From positions 172,430-236,429 of the forward strand of contig CAWJQH010000003.1 of the NCBI GenBank assembly GCA_963844935.1: 64,000 nucleotides of DNA, read 5' to 3'. The notes beneath the pieces were generated by a model. The model was not told where the DNA came from and made no database searches. It was given only the letters and a program-made list of their open reading frames with translations. Below, in pieces: positions 63,634-64,000 of the stretch (positions are counted from its first letter, which is position 1; each line of letters begins with the position of its first letter). The translations under genes were made by a program, and so were the position numbers. Source of the DNA: an uncultured Bacteroidales bacterium. GTDB taxonomy: Bacteria; Bacteroidota; Bacteroidia; Bacteroidales; VadinHA17.

Positions 63634-64000
63634 ATGGAAAAAGAGTTTTATGCACATGAGACAGCAGTAATTGATGAGGGGTGCACAATAGGCAAAGGCA
63701 GTAAAATATGGCATTTCAGTCATATCATGAAGGACTCCGTCATAGGTGAAAAGTGCAATATAGGGCAGAACGTAGTCGTCTCTCCGGGTGTCAGGCTGGG
63801 GAATAATGTCAAAGTGCAGAACAATGTATCGATCTACACGGGCGTTATCTGTGAAGATGATGTTTTCCTTGGCCCTTCGATGGTATTCACCAATATTATA
63901 AACCCCCGCAGTGCAGTCATCAGGCGTGACCTGTATGTAAAAACCATGGTCAGGCGCGGCGCTTCCATCGGAGCCAACGCAACAATCATCTGCGGAAATG
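63634..64000 (+). CDS. hexapeptide-repeat (left-handed beta-helix) sugar N-acetyltransferase, WbpD/WlbB-like; 3' end outside window
   Basis: Open frame from ATG 63634 to the window end: MEKEFYAHETAVIDEGCTIGKGSKIWHFSHIM...IGQNVVVSPGVRLGNNVKVQNNVSIY...GASIGANATIICGN. It shows hexapeptide periodicity and is not in the ORF track because there is no stop. Confidence 0.75.
   Translation, partial: MEKEFYAHETAVIDEGCTIGKGSKIWHFSHIMKDSVIGEKCNIGQNVVVSPGVRLGNNVKVQNNVSIYTGVICEDDVFLGPSMVFTNIINPRSAVIRRDLYVKTMVRRGASIGANATIICGN

Noticed and set aside
1-64000. Search for mobile elements, prophage or defence genes, tRNA, rRNA, tmRNA, RNase P or SRP RNA.
   Set aside because: No transposase, integrase, recombinase, restriction or Cas-like ORFs and no cloverleaf-capable or rRNA-like segments were seen in any intergenic gap. 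The PglZ domain present belongs to PorX (REC-PglZ), not to a BREX-type defence locus.

Overview
This 64-kb chromosomal segment reads as Bacteroidota. Evidence: many TAnnTTTG -7 promoter motifs, A-rich translation starts without Shine-Dalgarno sequences, gldH / porX / sprE-like gliding and T9SS genes, and a CarboxypepD_reg-type TonB receptor. The first ~27 kb (all + strand) is an amino-acid biosynthesis supercluster. It holds two tandem kbl-like genes, then ilvD-ilvB-ilvN-ilvC-leuA-leuC-leuD-cimA-like-leuB, then pheA-aminotransferase-tyrA-DAHP synthase/chorismate mutase, then hisG-D-C-B-H-A-F-IE, and finally a stand-alone trpB2-type gene. Each of these four units is preceded by a short leader ORF packed with the cognate codons plus a terminator hairpin, which fits ribosome-mediated attenuation. 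The rest encodes a class II (B12) ribonucleotide reductase, a 1092-aa TonB-dependent receptor, a NarL-type two-component pair plus yraN, and pepC. Next comes a small glycan locus (Wzy/O-antigen-ligase-like protein, a glycosyltransferase, two tandem Stealth phosphotransferases) and pgk-lipoprotein-LuxE-like. After that: holB-PSP1-gldH-trmB-ATL-mrp, sprE/porW-like plus porX, tsaE, ald, ldcA, an alpha/beta hydrolase, a LytTR membrane protein, metG, an HU/SPOR protein, and degT plus an acetyltransferase. I saw no rRNA, tRNA, CRISPR, transposase or phage genes. I did not find a convincing novel protein-coding system. The most unusual signals are noncoding. They are two families of structured intergenic repeats whose hairpins keep their geometry but not their sequence, a ~160-bp composite palindrome, heptamer tandem arrays, and strong SD-like purine tracts in an otherwise SD-less genome. 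Three single-base frameshifts (metG, tsaE and a small ORF) look more like sequence errors than biology. All calls come from reading the sequence and recalling family motifs; no searches were run.
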